Assembly: GCA_964187785.1 (NCBI GenBank)
Contig: OZ076409.1
Span: 33,110,001 to 33,174,000 of the forward strand
DNA from: Amphiscolops sp. MND2022
Lineage: Eukaryota
Direction: 5' to 3'
Length of the DNA: 64,000 nt
The first letter of the stretch is position 1. Every line of letters begins with the position of its first letter. Positions 27,716 through 41,043 of the stretch are shown here, piece after piece. The notes below the pieces were generated by a model. The model saw nothing but the letters and a program-made list of their open reading frames with translations, made no database searches and was not told the DNA's origin. The translations under genes were made by a program, and so were the position numbers.

Positions 27716-28291
27716 CTTGAATGCATGACAATACGGTTCTATAAATGACCTTTTTGATCAGTCACAAGCCAAATATTTCGGCTTTGCAAAAATAAGGAAA
27801 CTTATTTTTAACGAAACTCTCAATAAGGAAACTCTTTTCAAGCGATCGGGCCCGTTGTAAAGATTCGCTCAATTTGGTTTGGAAACTTTTATTGACAAAG
27901 CAAGTAGTTGGGAGCTTTTATTTGGGAAAAAACATGGGGTACCCGTACTGACAAAATTTTGAATTCCAGGACTGCCAAGGATTCCCAAGGACTGGTAAGG
28001 ACTTGTCAAGTTCTGGACCAGTCCTTACAAGTGCCACTTTTAGCCTTACAAGTCCTGGACCAGTCCTTACCAGTCCTGGGGAATCCTGGAGATACGCTGC
28101 CCAGGACTGGAACACAGAAAAAATCCAGAACCAATTCAGGGTTTATGAGGGCCAAATAAGTGCTAAATATAGTTGGAATAACTGTAATTGGGTGCGGGAA
28201 GAAGTTTTTTTCAGTATGTTACCTTACGAAAAATAGTCTCTCTCGAATAATCATAAAATGATTTCAAAAATACTTGTTTTTTATTACTTTC

Positions 28292-28653
28292 GCTGGGCAA
28301 ACTGTCGAGAAAAAGTCGATACTGGCAGGGCTACCAACAAGCATTTGCATAAAAAAGCACCATTCACAATAATACATCAAATGAATGAGGTCAAAAACCA
28401 TGTTGGATGTCTCTCGAAGTCCATCAAAAAAGCAGATCAGGACATCAAAAATATCCGTTTTTATAGTCTTGGCTGGCCAACTGAAAAACAGTCGACACTG
28501 GCAGGGCTACCAACGAGCAGGTGCATGAAAAAAGGCACATTCCCAATAAAACGTCAAATGAATGATGTCAAAAACCACGTTGGATGATGCATCTCGAGGT
28601 CCATCAAAAAAGCAGATCAGGACATCGAAAATATCTGTTTTTTAGTCTTGGCT
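28292..28653. repeat. ~180-bp tandem duplication inside the DNA transposon
   Basis: ACTGGCAGGGCTACCAAC...GTCCATCAAAAAAGCAGATCAGGACATC...AGTCTTGGCT occurs twice in tandem. Confidence 0.85.
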
Positions 28654-28792
28654 ATGAAATATAGACTGAAATAAAGGACAGTGCAAACTGGAACCATGTT
28701 GAAAGGGTCTTTACGGAATGGAATTAGCCCGAGTTGAAGCATGGGCAGTCAGGAAGATAGGCAATGTGCCACAATTTCTGAAGGGATTAGGG

Positions 28793-29998
28793 TCTAAAAT
28801 CAACGCATTTTAGATCTTATTCATCTTCTCTAAAGAATAATTTTTGAAAGGAATAAGATCTAAAATCAACTGCATTTTAGATCTTATTCCCCTTGTCTGA
28901 AAGGAATAAGATCTGAATGCAATAAGATCTAAAATTTCAGGACGGAAATAAGATCTAGGTTCAATGCATTTTAGATCTTATTCTCCTTCTCTAAAAAATA
29001 ATTTCTGAAGGGAATAAGATCTAAAATCAATGCATTTTAGATCTTGTTCCCCTCAGAGAAGGGGAATTCTCTGAAAGGAATAAGATCTAAAATCATGATG
29101 ATACACATGATGATACACATGGCACTTGATTGATGACGAAGATCCACGATATCTGATAAAAGTAGAATAATAAGAAAAAAAACTTCAGAGAAGGGGAATA
29201 AGATCTAAAATCAATGCATTTTAGATCTTATTCCCCTTCTCTGAAAGGAATAAGATATAATTTATCAGGACCGAAATAAGATCTAAAATCAATGCATTTT
29301 AGATCTTATTTTCCTTCTGTAAATAATAATTTCTGAAGGGAATAAGATCTAAAATCAATGCATTTTAGATCTTATTCCCCTTCTCCAAAGAATAGTTTCT
29401 GAAGGGAATAAGATCTAAAATCAATGCATTTTAGATCTTATTCCCCTTCTCTGAATGGAATAAGATCTAAAATCATGATTTTAATCTTGCTCCCTTCAGA
29501 GAAGGGGAATAAGATCTAAAGAATAATTTTCGAAGGGAATAAGATCTAAAATCAATGCATTTTAGATCTTATTCCCCTTCTCTGAAAGGAATAAGATATA
29601 ATTTATCAGGACCGAAATAAGATCTAAAATCAATGCATTTTAGATCTTATTCTCCTTCTGTAAAGAATAATTTCTGAAGGGAATAAGATCTAAAATCAAT
29701 GCATTTTAGATCCTTTTCCCCTTCTCTAAAGAATAATTTCTGAAGGGAATAAGATCTAAAATCAATGCATTTTAGATCTTATTCCCCGTCTCTGAATGGA
29801 ATAAGATCTAAAATCATGATTTTAATCTTGCTCCCTTCAGAGAAGGGGAATAAGATCTAAAGAATAATTTCTGAAGGGAATAAGATCTCAAATCAATGCA
29901 TTTTAGATTTTATTCCCCTTCTCTGAAAGGAATAAGATCTGAAGGGAATAAGATCTAAAATTTCAGGATGGAAATTAATCTAAAATCAATGCATTTTG
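28793..29998. repeat. Palindromic minisatellite (GGAATAAGATCTAAAATCAATGCATTTTAGATCTTATTCC units)
   Basis: About a dozen near-perfect palindromes, plus half sites, separated by short CTTCTCTGAA/GAATAATTTCTGAAG linkers. Confidence 0.92.
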
Positions 29999-32900
29999 GG
30001 AAAACCCCAATTTCTATCATTATATCCGGCACTATTGAGCCCAGACATAGTCTCGACTATGGGAATAGTACCGGAACACTTATTCTGACAATAACCGAGC
30101 CCTCATGGGGCATAATTGATACGAAGTACCTTTGATAGTGATAGGAAATACAAGCAACTAAGTTTTTCCTACTCAAATTCAAAATGGCCGCGCCCATTAT
30201 GCAACTTCGAATTTTTCATCGAAGTTTCTCAAGGACTGCTAAGGACTGCACCAAGACTGGTAAGTTGCGAAATTTTCGGAAACTGGGGAAATCCTTGGCA
30301 GTCCTTGGAATCCTTGAGTTATCCTGTCAAGGACTTGGAATCCTTGAGTTGTCCTGGCAAGGACTTAAGTCCACTGGAGTGTCAGTACGGGTATAGTTAC
30401 TTTTGTCGTACTGTAAAGTAAGAACTCGCGATTATACAGAAATTCATTAGCAGTCCAATAATTTTCCTGTTCCTGTTTGTTTTCTATTTTCGCTGATTTG
30501 TGGAACGGAAATCTTTATTTCAGTCGCCGCTTTGCATTCAACATTCTATTTTATACTCTTGTGCAAGCAGAAAAGTGAGCGATGATCAAGGACGTGAACT
30601 TTCTGTTCCTAAGACTAAGCCCTAGATGCGACGCCAGTTTGGGCTAGTTGTGATTTGTTTGGGCTTCGGCTTAAAGACTGCTTGGTAGCAAGTCATCTCA
30701 TGTCAAAGACTACTCCTTTCAATTGGGAGCCATCCTTTAAGCTTCAACCGAAAATTACATGCATTGTTTTTCTTTCTATTTTATCACTTATACTTCTTTC
30801 ATATCTTCTCAGTAAACAGCCATCACATCTAAGTTATTAGATGATTGACATTTTCATTCCCTTGTTTTACTTGTGCTAATCTTGAAATTATCCTTTGTAA
30901 TTATCAAATAGTTTGAACGGGAGTAAGGCTAAACAGCTAATTTTTCAAATGAGACAAAATAGTAGACTTTCAGAATCGATCCAAATAGACGAGTTTCAAA
31001 ACAGGGACAAATTTGGTCTCGTTCTGAAAATCGGCTATTTTGTCCGGTTAAAATCGGCTGCTCTGTCCCGCATCCGGTTTCAAATTAATTTCATGTGCGC
31101 TGAAACTAAACTATTCACATCTCCAGGATTTTTCATTTGGTGTTTTTGGGAACATTAGTGAATTCCATTGTGTCTTTGTTTGATTGAGGTTTTCCGACAA
31201 GTTATAACGCCTCCTCCCCATTTCGTGGCATCTCCAAAATTCTAAATCTAAAAATATCTATAACTTCTGCTTGTTAGCTGTCACTATTTTTTCAGCCGAG
31301 GAAAAAACCTTTTATGTGATGTTGGCAATCATGCCCATGCATAAAAAGACCTTGATGTACGTCAAAGCGTTACTTCATCTTGCTTGCATTTTGTCCACTT
31401 TTCATTCACGTCTAAAATGAGTGGTAGTCATTTGAACCTCTGAAGGCTACAAAAGTTTGTGTCGTGGAAATAAAAAGATATCTGAAATCACAGATTTTAC
31501 GACCTTCAGGAACAATATGCGACAATTGTCTCTGGAGAGATGATCGTACTTTTGAAAAGTATTTTGTATAAAGTGGTGTTTTTGAATCAAAAGCTGGTAA
31601 ATAATGAGTTTTGGGTAAATGCGATATTAAAAAGCGTGAAATGTCAAATGGCGCTTTCATGATTTTTCATAACTGTTAATCTGAAGGGAATAAGTGTGTG
31701 GTTGTAAGTTGGCAATCTCCGGAGATTATAACCCACTGCAGTCAGTGGTGAATCGAAGGGATATTGGGTGTGCACAGAAGGAAATTCATTTCGTCTGCCA
31801 ATTTCAGATCTGATCGCAGTCATTTCGTTTTCCCCATCCAAATCGGTGCCCCGATTCTGCTTTCATTATACTCGCGCTCTTTTCCCACTATCTACCTCTC
31901 CCAGGACTCTGTGGGAAGCACGACCTCATTAGTAGCGTCCTGGAACAACAGGTAAGCAGTCTGTAGATTAAACCACATGTCCAATCTTTTCCATATGTTC
32001 ACTTTTTTAAATAATTCACACTCCCAATTCTACATGAAAAGTAGGTTCATTTCCAATCCCAATATACTCTTCCAATCTCATTTCTTCTTCTGCAGACAAG
32101 AACATTCTATGAATATAAATCTTAATCAAATTTTCTTTCAAACAAATTGAAAATCTGTTTGATTAAAATCGCAATTTTTGCCGTCGAAATTCTTCAAGCT
32201 TGGCTGATCTCGTTCTATATGTTAGTAGCTCTTTTAATGAACAAATTTGACTGAAAACTCTGCAAAATCAATTGTTTCAGAGACTGTATTTAGATGATAC
32301 CTACCTTGGTGTGTGCATGTACATTCACATCCGAGTAAGTTCATTTTGAATGTCAGAGAGATATAAACTAAATCGTGAAATATTTCTAAGGCGTGAAATT
32401 TTTCCCCATTCACGGGCAAGGGCTCTGCGAAATACATTTCTATTTTGACTGTCAAAATGAATTATTTTTATGGAAGGAACAGGAAAATAAACAATTGCAA
32501 TTATTTCAAAATTGCGATAAATTTTACTCCACTAGTATAAATCAAAACTGAACTCAGACTGACGAAACGAATTCGGCGTCCCAGAGGTCCTTGTTTACGC
32601 GCATTAAAGATTGCATTTTATCACGAATAACCTGAAAAAACCGTTTTGGATTTTTTTTCGAAGAAAATACAAATTATTTCGAAAATTGAAATAAAGGCTT
32701 ACATCAAATGAGTCCAAAAATTTTTAACAGCTAAGTTCAGGCCACGATTTGCAAATTCGACCATGGACACCTTGAAAAGTTATGGTAAAATATTTGCGTA
32801 CGTTGAATTTACTCTTTTAAAATTCGTCACATCAAAAAAGAACTTATACATTTTTGCAACCAAAAATATAAAAAATCCAAAAATATAAAAAAATAACCCT

Positions 32901-33030
32901 ACATGGACGAGGCAATTTCCGGATCCATTCAAAAACCCGGTGCTTAAACTTTATACCGGAAACGATTTATAGCGCGTTCAAAAAAAATCAGGGCTTTCAA
33001 ATTGAATTTTGAACACTGGGCTGCAAGGCG

Positions 33031-34054
33031 CCCGGGTCGACCCTCCATGGATATCTTAGCAAGATCTTGGAAAATTCTTAGCTAAGATCGTGACAAGATA
33101 TTGCCAAGAATTGCAAGATGCCATGGTAAGATCTTATCAAGAGGGCCATGTTTCCAAGAAAAATCTTACTAAGAAGCCCAATATGGCAAGAAAAATCTAA
33201 CTAAGAAGCCGAATATGGCAAGAAAACAATTGCTACGAACTGCTCGATATCGAGAAAAAGTAGAATCAGAAAACCATTAAATTAAGAGTTATGCAAAAAT
33301 AATCTAGGCATCACTCAACACAAAATTACTGAATGATTTTTACAACCATTTCGATATCGTTTTTTTTTTCAATTGCAAAACTGTCGCCAACAACGGCGTC
33401 AGATAAGCCTTGAGCTGAATCATTACCCAAAATAGAGCAATGACCGCCGTTTCTAGCAGTAATAAGGCTGCTAAACAGGCTCAAAGAAAGCTGGAAATAT
33501 GATTTTCACAAAAATTTCAGGATTTTAAGGTCTTTCCTTTGTAACTTTCCGATAGTGGATCTGGACGTTTGAGAGCATATTTCTCCGTCTCTGGAATCGA
33601 CAGGAATGATAAATTACAAGTTTTGAAAAGCCCTTGAAATTACCTTTCATTTGGTACATTCGGCATTTTTCAGTCTTAAACAGGTGAGGAATTATTAGGA
33701 TTCTCGTCAGAATTGCTGAAGCCAGACTACGTTATCGTAATTTTTCACGCATTTTTGCATGCAAAATTTTTTCAGCAGGTTTAAGCATTTCGATAATGAA
33801 AATGAGTAGAAATAGTCGTTGTTGGGTGAAATGAGCCTTTAGATTGAGTCTCGGCTGCTTGTACCGAAGGTATAGTGTTTTTAAATAATCTTAAAATTTT
33901 GTCCATCGTGATAAGATACGATCTTGGAATAAGTATTATCTTAGTAAGATCTTAATAAGAATCTTGCCATGGGATCCATGGCTGCCAAGATGTACTAAGA
34001 ATTTGGCAAGATCTTGCCAAGACAGTCAAGATGCAGTAAGAGGGTCAACCCGGG
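33031..34054. mobile_element. Non-autonomous CCC...GGG DNA transposon (CMC/EnSpm-like), CG TSD
   Basis: TIR CCCGGGTCGACCCTC / GAGGGTCAACCCGGG, with CG on both flanks. Subterminal CAAGAT/ATCTTG repeats at both ends. Confidence 0.85.
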
Positions 34055-34299
34055 CGGCTAGCGCGGGCCCCTTGCATGTAAAGTTTTTGCGCGAAATCCT
34101 CTGCTTCCGCGTAGCTTCGATGCGCTGGCTCCGAACTTTGCGCCGCGTAAATTCAAAATTTGGATGAGGATCTCACTGAACACTATCCAATTCTTGTTGA
34201 AAGTAATATAATTATCTCTAGGAAGCATCAACGAATAGTTTGCAGACCTATTGGATAAATTCAAAAACTTGACAAAAATGTTCATTTTTTAACGGAGCA

Positions 34300-36160
34300 G
34301 CAAGTGCGTCCCCTGAACTTTACTTTGATCGCAAACCCCAATGAAACAGTGGATCTTTTCGTGAGTATCGAAAAGAAACTGTCCAAAAGCACTTAACTTT
34401 GAACTTCCGTGAAACTAAAGCATGTAATAGCGACTGGATAAACAACAGCATCAAATCAAAACTTGCGGAAAAACCTTTACACAAAAGCCTGCGGAAATAT
34501 CTGCATGATACGGATTAAAACCAAAAAAATATGAATCAGAGAACGTCAAGTGAACAGAATCATAAAAGCGAGAAAAGAGCATTATCACAAACAAAACACT
34601 GAATCAATTGAGAATGGTATGGAATTAATCAATGTTTTAAAAAAATCGTGTCTTCGGAAGCTTCTAGTTAACACAAAGGCCTCGTTGCTTTCTAAATGTC
34701 ATCAAACTCTTGGATTTTTCTTTTCAGTAGGCGCAACTCTTGCGTTTAATAACCAGACTAAATGTTTGGTTAATCAACTATCCTCTTCCGATGGAATTAT
34801 TCAATTCAAAACTACGAACAGCCAAGAGTTATCAGAAATCGTTCAGTCCTTGGAAATAATTATTTTTTTTTGGTCATGACCCAGTATTAAATGCTGTGTT
34901 AATATGTTCCCAGCCGGTTAGTTCTGCTTAAATAACCCTAAGTTTCAGTTACGGTTTCCATGACTCTGTTTGTTCATACTGCTTCAAGATATCGAAAGCT
35001 GTGTCACTTTACACGGTTAATTCAGTTTATGAAGTTAGAAACTACAGGCCAATTTCATTAACGACATAGTTAGGTTGAGTTTTTGAAAGACTTATATACA
35101 ATCGTGCTTGTATTTTTTTCCGAAATGTTTGAAGTTCTCTCTTCCACTCAGGCTGTTTTCCGTCGCAATTGTAGTAATATCGATGCTATATCTGTTCTTG
35201 TGAACAACATTCAAGCTTCTTCTTTGGAGAACAGTCAGCCCCTCAGTTGCTTTTTGGGCTTGCATAAAGTTTTTGATACAGTACACCGTAGCAAATGGAG
35301 GAACAAGCTTTATAATTGCGGCATCCGCGGTCGTGCTTTTGCCTCCCTTGATCGCTAGGCCCATTCAAATTATCAATCAATTGTTTGAGTCAAGGTGTAC
35401 CTCAGGGTTCTATTTTAGGTCCTTTATTATTCAATATTTACATAAAGGACCTCACAAAAGCAAGTCAAAGGGCTCAATGTGTGCTTTTTGCTGATGATAC
35501 TTCCGTTACTTTATCGAAGTTGGACAAAAATATAGTGAAGAGTGAATTGTCTTCTGTTGATTCATTGATGAAAATGAACAAGCTATCATTGAAAACCGAG
35601 AGAACAAAAACGATCCATTTCAACAAGAGCAATTCTGACTTGAATGGGTAATATGAATCTTAATGGTCAAATTTTCGAACAAGTTGAGTCATTCAAGTAT
35701 CTGGGTTTAAAACGTGATGAAAAACTATGCTCCCTCAGAGAATATCCAAGTATTATTGCTTCCAGTATCGGATTCGGAGACTATTCCAGCGAAAACATAT
35801 GTTGCATTTTTACAATTCTTTCATCAAACCAGACATACAATATGGTGGTTTAACCAGTGCATAAACGCACGAGTCAGTACTTGAAAGTTTTTTGAAACTT
35901 TAGAAGCGAAGAATTCGAATAGTTTTGTAATACACCGAAACACTAGTCGTATATGCTAGCGGCAAAATATATCATGAACCGGTGCCCTGGGCTTCATCGT
36001 GACTACTTCAATCTATTTTTCATCCGGGAAATTTCCATGCCCTACACAAATTGAATCTTCTCAAAGATGTATTAAAATAGGGGTAGTGTAGTAAGGCATT
36101 GTGCCTGTGACTGCCCCAGGTAGACAGCCTTATCTTCCAAAACCGAATGTATGTAAATAT
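34300..36160 (+). pseudogene. Decayed non-LTR retrotransposon (LINE, CR1/L2-like) reverse transcriptase with 3' end
   Basis: Motifs NYRPISL (~35040), FLGLHKVFDTVH..KLYNCGIRG, GVPQGSILGPLLFNIYIKDL..LFADDT and VESFKYLG, with many stops. A GGGGTAGT...ACTGCCCC stem-loop near 36080-36117 resembles a LINE 3' end. Confidence 0.8.
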
Positions 36161-36282
36161 ATTGATGATTGTATGAATGTAACTTACATTCATACAATCA
36201 TCAATATTTTATCCGGTAAACAAATATTTAATACTTAGTAATACTTGAAATATTACGAAGTATGAAATATTTGTTTACCGGA
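36159..36282. repeat. Two adjacent long inverted repeats (hairpins)
   Basis: 36159-36207: perfect 24-bp arms with a 1-nt spacer. 36212-36282: 32-bp arms with 2 mismatches and a 7-nt loop. Confidence 0.9.
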
Positions 36283-37822
36283 AAATTAATTTTAATTATC
36301 TTATGTTTCAAAACATCCTAGGTCGGCTTCGACCCAACCTCGATATGATTGGATTAAGTGGCCACAAACGGAAACTAGAAAAACCGAAAAACTACACGCA
36401 CTCAGTTTTAGTTCGGTTGTTTTAGTCCCCGTTTCTTAATTTCAGAACCATCAAGTCACTATTTCGTGAAAGGGCGTGCAATGATAAGTAATGTTGTCTG
36501 AAAATCTCATTCAAGAGTTTTCTTTACGATACGGTCAGCTGGTGCTTTCACAACTAACTGGTACGAAATCGTACCTTTGTCCATTTAGGGTTGACTACGA
36601 ACAAATTTTTGTGCGGAGAACCTACCTGTTCACTGGATAACAATATTGAGTATCAAATTTAGCTCATTTCAGTATCCACTGCGACAAAAAAGGCAAAGTT
36701 GGTTTAATTATGGACATACAAGATTTTTGAAATGATCAAACACTTTTGAGAAGCTGCGCACTTAATGTGGAAGGAGTCATCCGCAGTTGATATTACGTGA
36801 ACATGTAGCTAAGCATGATCAGTAGAGCGACCTACTTTAGTATTAATTCACCTGTAAAAACAACTTCCCGGGTGTATGTACAACAAAACTTCACTTTACT
36901 GCAGGTTTTTTCAAGAGGCAATTTATGGTACTGAAGCAGAAGAAAATTCAAAACCTTTCTGCAAAAAAACTTCAGAATTGGACAAATTGCGTGAAAATGT
37001 GGCTGTTTTCACTTACTCGCCAATTCATTCATGCGACATTTGCGACTTTTCAGTCGTATGAAATCAAAAATCCTCAATAATGCTATCATAAATTGAATCT
37101 AAAAACAAGCAAAAGTTGTTGTTTGTACGTTTGATTTAATTCAACTATTTCGAGCAACTATATTACGTTTTATTCGTATTATTTAGTTCGCAACTATTGC
37201 AACTCTCCCTGTCTATTAGTATTCACTACCCGGGTCGACCTTCCGTGGATATCTTGGTAAGATCTTGGAAAAATCTTAGATAAGATCGTGAAAAGATATT
37301 GCCAAGAATTGCAAGATGCCATGGTAGGATCTTATAAGAGAGCCATGTTTCCAAGAAAAGTGTCACCAAGAAGCCCAATATGACAACAAAAATCTTACTA
37401 GGAAGCCGAATATGGCAAAAAAAATCGCTACGAACTGCTTGATATCGAGAAAAAGTTGAATCAGAAAACCATTAAATTAAAAGTTATTCGATTGTTTGTC
37501 ACCAAATCTTTTTTCCAACATTTCTGAAAAATAATCATAACTCAACTCGATTTCGAACTTTTTCTATTTTCGATCTGAAAGGAATATGATCTAAAATCAC
37601 CCAGACGGAAGATCTCCAATTTCACCCTGAAAAAAACCTTTTACGTCGGTTTTCATTTGACAGGAATAAGATCTAAAGCCACTGGAATAAGGCCTAAAAT
37701 CACAGGAATAAGATCTAACACCACTGAATTGAGAACCGAATCCATCGAAGGTCGTTTTGGGGAATTTTAGATCTTATTCCATGTATATTGCTAGGAATAT
37801 GCATGGAATAAGATCTAGAGTT

Positions 37823-38539
37823 TGTAACGGCAAGCTGTTGTCGGTCGCTTAACACGTTAACAGAGGTGGATGAACCTGCAGAAACGGGTATATCGCTCAG
37901 GACGGGCGCCCATCACCACAGATCCATTTTGCCTCCAGGGGTGCAATACGTCCCGAGGCCGTGGGTGCTTCGACGAATACTGTCCAACCGGTCCTAGTCT
38001 TTGATTGCTAATAGTAACGGGCATCTTCCTGACTCTCTGAAGACCACCGCCTAACTAGCTTGTAAAAACAATGCCAAGAATGAGGTAAATTTCCAATTTC
38101 AGGGTGACATGGGTACTAAGTTCTAAAATGGGGAATAACGTCTAAAATGCCAAAACTAGCGCTTGAGCTAGTTAAAACCAGTGAAAATACATCAGAACAG
38201 GCACAAATATGGCAAACCACACAGCTAGAAGTTGGGGCGCATGGGCTCCAAGCACCAAACAAGGATAATTAAGCCAAAAGACTCATTAAGGTAGCATAAA
38301 GCTAAAATCAAAGAAAATCAGGGTTAGCACCTGAAAAAGAGTCTATTTTTTAGAGTTTTGTAAGCGCATGGACTTCTTCGTTCTCTGTGTTCTCGCTCTG
38401 TCTTGCATGGAAAATGGCGAAAACAGCGAAAAGAGCAATCACATGCCCAGTGCCACGTCACACAGCGGATTAGAATTTTTGAGAAAATTGCTGAACATGT
38501 CCAAGTCGCAAAATTGCTGTACCAGAGGTTCCCGTTACA
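37823..38539 (-). repeat. 3' LTR (717 bp) with 8-bp terminal inverted repeats
   Basis: On the + strand it starts TGTAACGG (37823) and ends CCGTTACA (38539). On the - strand it is preceded by the purine tract CCGGGGAGTGA. Confidence 0.7.
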
Positions 38540-39766
38540 TCACTCCCCGGGATTTATGCATGACGTCCCTGTCATGCGGAGAGACTGGCATTGAAAACGT
38601 CTCCAAATCATTTTGCCATCCATTCGGAGTTCAAACTGGTGATGTTGCAAGGGTACAGTGGCACTGTCAACTTTCGCTGACTGAGCAACCTTGAGGTCTT
38701 CCTTCTTGCAATCCAGGAACGTGCATCGTCCACAAACTGTTGAAACAGAGCTAGCCCTCGAGCTAGAAAACAAGTACTCGAAAAATATACCTTGAAATTG
38801 ATCAAATCCAAAAAGCACCAATTTGTTAGCACGAGTTTTCTGCACCAAATTTGCACAGGATCTTTCTAGCACAATGGTTTTTTGGACGTCTAAAATTTCT
38901 TTTACGGAGATCTCAAGCTCCGAAGCGCACGTGGTTCTCAGCAAAAATGTCTTTTTCCACGACAGTGAAATTTCGGTTTGCTGCAAAGTTAAAAGATGTT
39001 TTCGATAAAACTTCTTTTCAGCGGAAAAACCGCCGTTTAAAAGGAAGACAAGCTGCTGTTTTCGATAATATCTTGTTCACACGGTTTGGTTTGGGCAACA
39101 CAAACTGATGTGCAGCTCCATACCTGAATAGAGTTCAGTAGCATCTGCTAACCAGCGCATAGGAAGCAATCTACGAACTACTCGTGAGAGTTAGCACTGG
39201 TGTGTGTCAGGTAGGCAAAATTAGACAACATCCTGCAAATTAGAGAATATCACGTTGAACACTGGAAGACACTGGGAAACTTGGGAAATTTACGCAAAAA
39301 CGAAAATAGCACCTTTCGGGCGAAGCGTTACATGTAGAGTTTTTGGGTTAAATCTACAACGTTTGCATGACTGAAGCCAAAGTTTTGAAACAATGACTGC
39401 TTGAAAAGGGCGTCCGGATGACCAGAGTCCATTACCACACGTAAAAGTATCCTCTGGGAGTTGTTCAGTCGAATAGTGGAGTAGAGGAATGTTTCAACCC
39501 TCAACTGGGGCTCCCCGGGCCTTAGTCGTCTCCCCGGGCTTCAGTCATTGAGTGCCCTCTTTGATAGGAAGACAGTAATGACCAACAGAAGATACAAGAG
39601 GAAGAGTTGGCGTTGACAACCCCCTCCCTCCTTGAAAAGTAGTGGAGTGTAGTTTGGAATGCTGAGGCAGCATCATCCGGTAGCGTGCGAGCTACCAAAA
39701 GAACGTATCAAGCCAGAAGTATCAGAAACTGAAATTAAAAATAAACAAAAGGAAAGAACATTAAAG

Positions 39767-41043
39767 TTAGGTGATACCAGGAAACTGTCCAATGCTGGCA
39801 ATAGAGACATAGACGCGATCATGTAGAATAACTGTGATACCAGTTCCTGCAAAAAAGTCCATGACACTATGATAGAAGCTGTCCAAGCTGCGAAGTGGGC
39901 GCTCAGGGTCAACTATGGGGAAGTGAATATCAGGGATTTCATTGGACAATAATAAAGCTTTCAAATGTTCCAAGCATAGGAAGAAATCATCGGCGATTTG
40001 GGGTGCACGCTGGGAGCGGCGTGTTATCAGCAGGTGGACTATCAGGTTATCTAGGAAAGATGAGGCTGGGACAGTCAGGACTTCGCCAACTTTTGGGCGA
40101 AGTTGGAATATGTTTTCGACGCCACACTCGCGAAGAATGTAGCGCAAGGCTGCAGAATTAGTATCAAGGTCTACAGGGCATCATTTTGCTACATGGCCCT
40201 GCACTTGCAAGAAGTTAGTTTGGTCGTATACAATATAGTTGACCAAGTTGGGTCGTAAGGCACCAGGAAACACGATCTGACGTCCGGGTCCTTTTTCGTC
40301 AGCTGGATCGAAGTGGTTCTGTCCCCGAATAGCGGTCAAGTCCTGCCATACGGACCTTGATAGAGACTGATTATCCACATTGGCTGTCGACCATGCGTCA
40401 AGAGTACCCAGTGCAGTGTGGATCGTTACAGGCTGGTTAAAGGAATGAGTCCAATCAACCAAAAGGCGGATACGAGAAAAGTTACAATAAAAATCAACGA
40501 TGTGGAAGCAGAGAATTAGTTCCTCAGTAACCACAGTCCGCAAATTTTCTAGACAACTACGCAAGCTGTCAGGCCGGACCAACGAGTGAGTGTGAGAGGC
40601 AGTTACCAGTAACCACCAATATTGGGCAGGGCGATAGACTTCCCCAGACTGACATGTGACGCCGTATTTGTCAGATAGAAGGTCAACCGTAATACAGCGG
40701 ACTATTTGGATGGGTCTCTTTCAAAATTGAAAGGTCCAAATACAATGTTAGGAGTAACAGGAGGCACTGTGACTGCCAATGTGAATTCCAAACCGCGTAG
40801 ATCGCTCGTCCACTCCTTGAAACTGGGACAAGGTTCTTCAGCAACCTTGGATTTAGACAACTCTTCCAGAACGACATCTACAGGAAAAATTCGCTCTCTT
40901 TCTAGTCCGGTGTATGTCTTCTCTGCACGGATTACTACGCGACTAACAAGAAGTTTACCATTGTGGATAAGGGGTTGAGGCTTTGGACGGACCGGAGTTT
41001 TCGGACGTCCAATTGGAATAGTAGGAGACTTGTTCAGAGCCAA
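39767..41043 (-). pseudogene. Accessory ORF3 (copy 2): tandem TARG1/OARD1-like macrodomain protein, one frameshift and one in-frame stop
   Basis: Joined ORFs 40702-41043, 40181-~40700 and 39767-40147. Domain 1: IVRCITVD..CQSGEV..WWLLVTA..PDSLRSCLENLR. Domain 2: IVYDQTNFL..HVAK*CPVDLDTNSAAL..RPKVGEV..HLLITRR..CLEHLKALLLSNEIPDIHFP..VMDFFAGTGITVILH. Confidence 0.68.

Larger units (their letters stand above)
27942..30391. mobile_element. Non-autonomous DNA transposon with CCC...GGG termini (CMC/EnSpm-like), TA TSD
   Basis: TIR CCCGTACTGACA (27942) / TGTCAGTACGGG (30391), with TA on both flanks. Subterminal CAAGGACT/AGTCCT repeat clusters at both ends. No transposase. Confidence 0.8.

Noticed and set aside
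28793..29998. Palindromic ~40-bp repeats resembling CRISPR repeats
   Set aside because: The linkers are themselves repeated rather than unique, the array lies inside a eukaryotic TIR element, and no cas genes are present.
31412..32455. Short ORFs and a CAG|GTAAG donor suggesting host exons
   Set aside because: I found no recognisable protein motif or consistent exon chain.
38540..38986. 148-aa ORF ending at the PPT, as a possible env
   Set aside because: It has no ATG start, signal peptide, furin site or TM anchor, and no counterpart in the other element.
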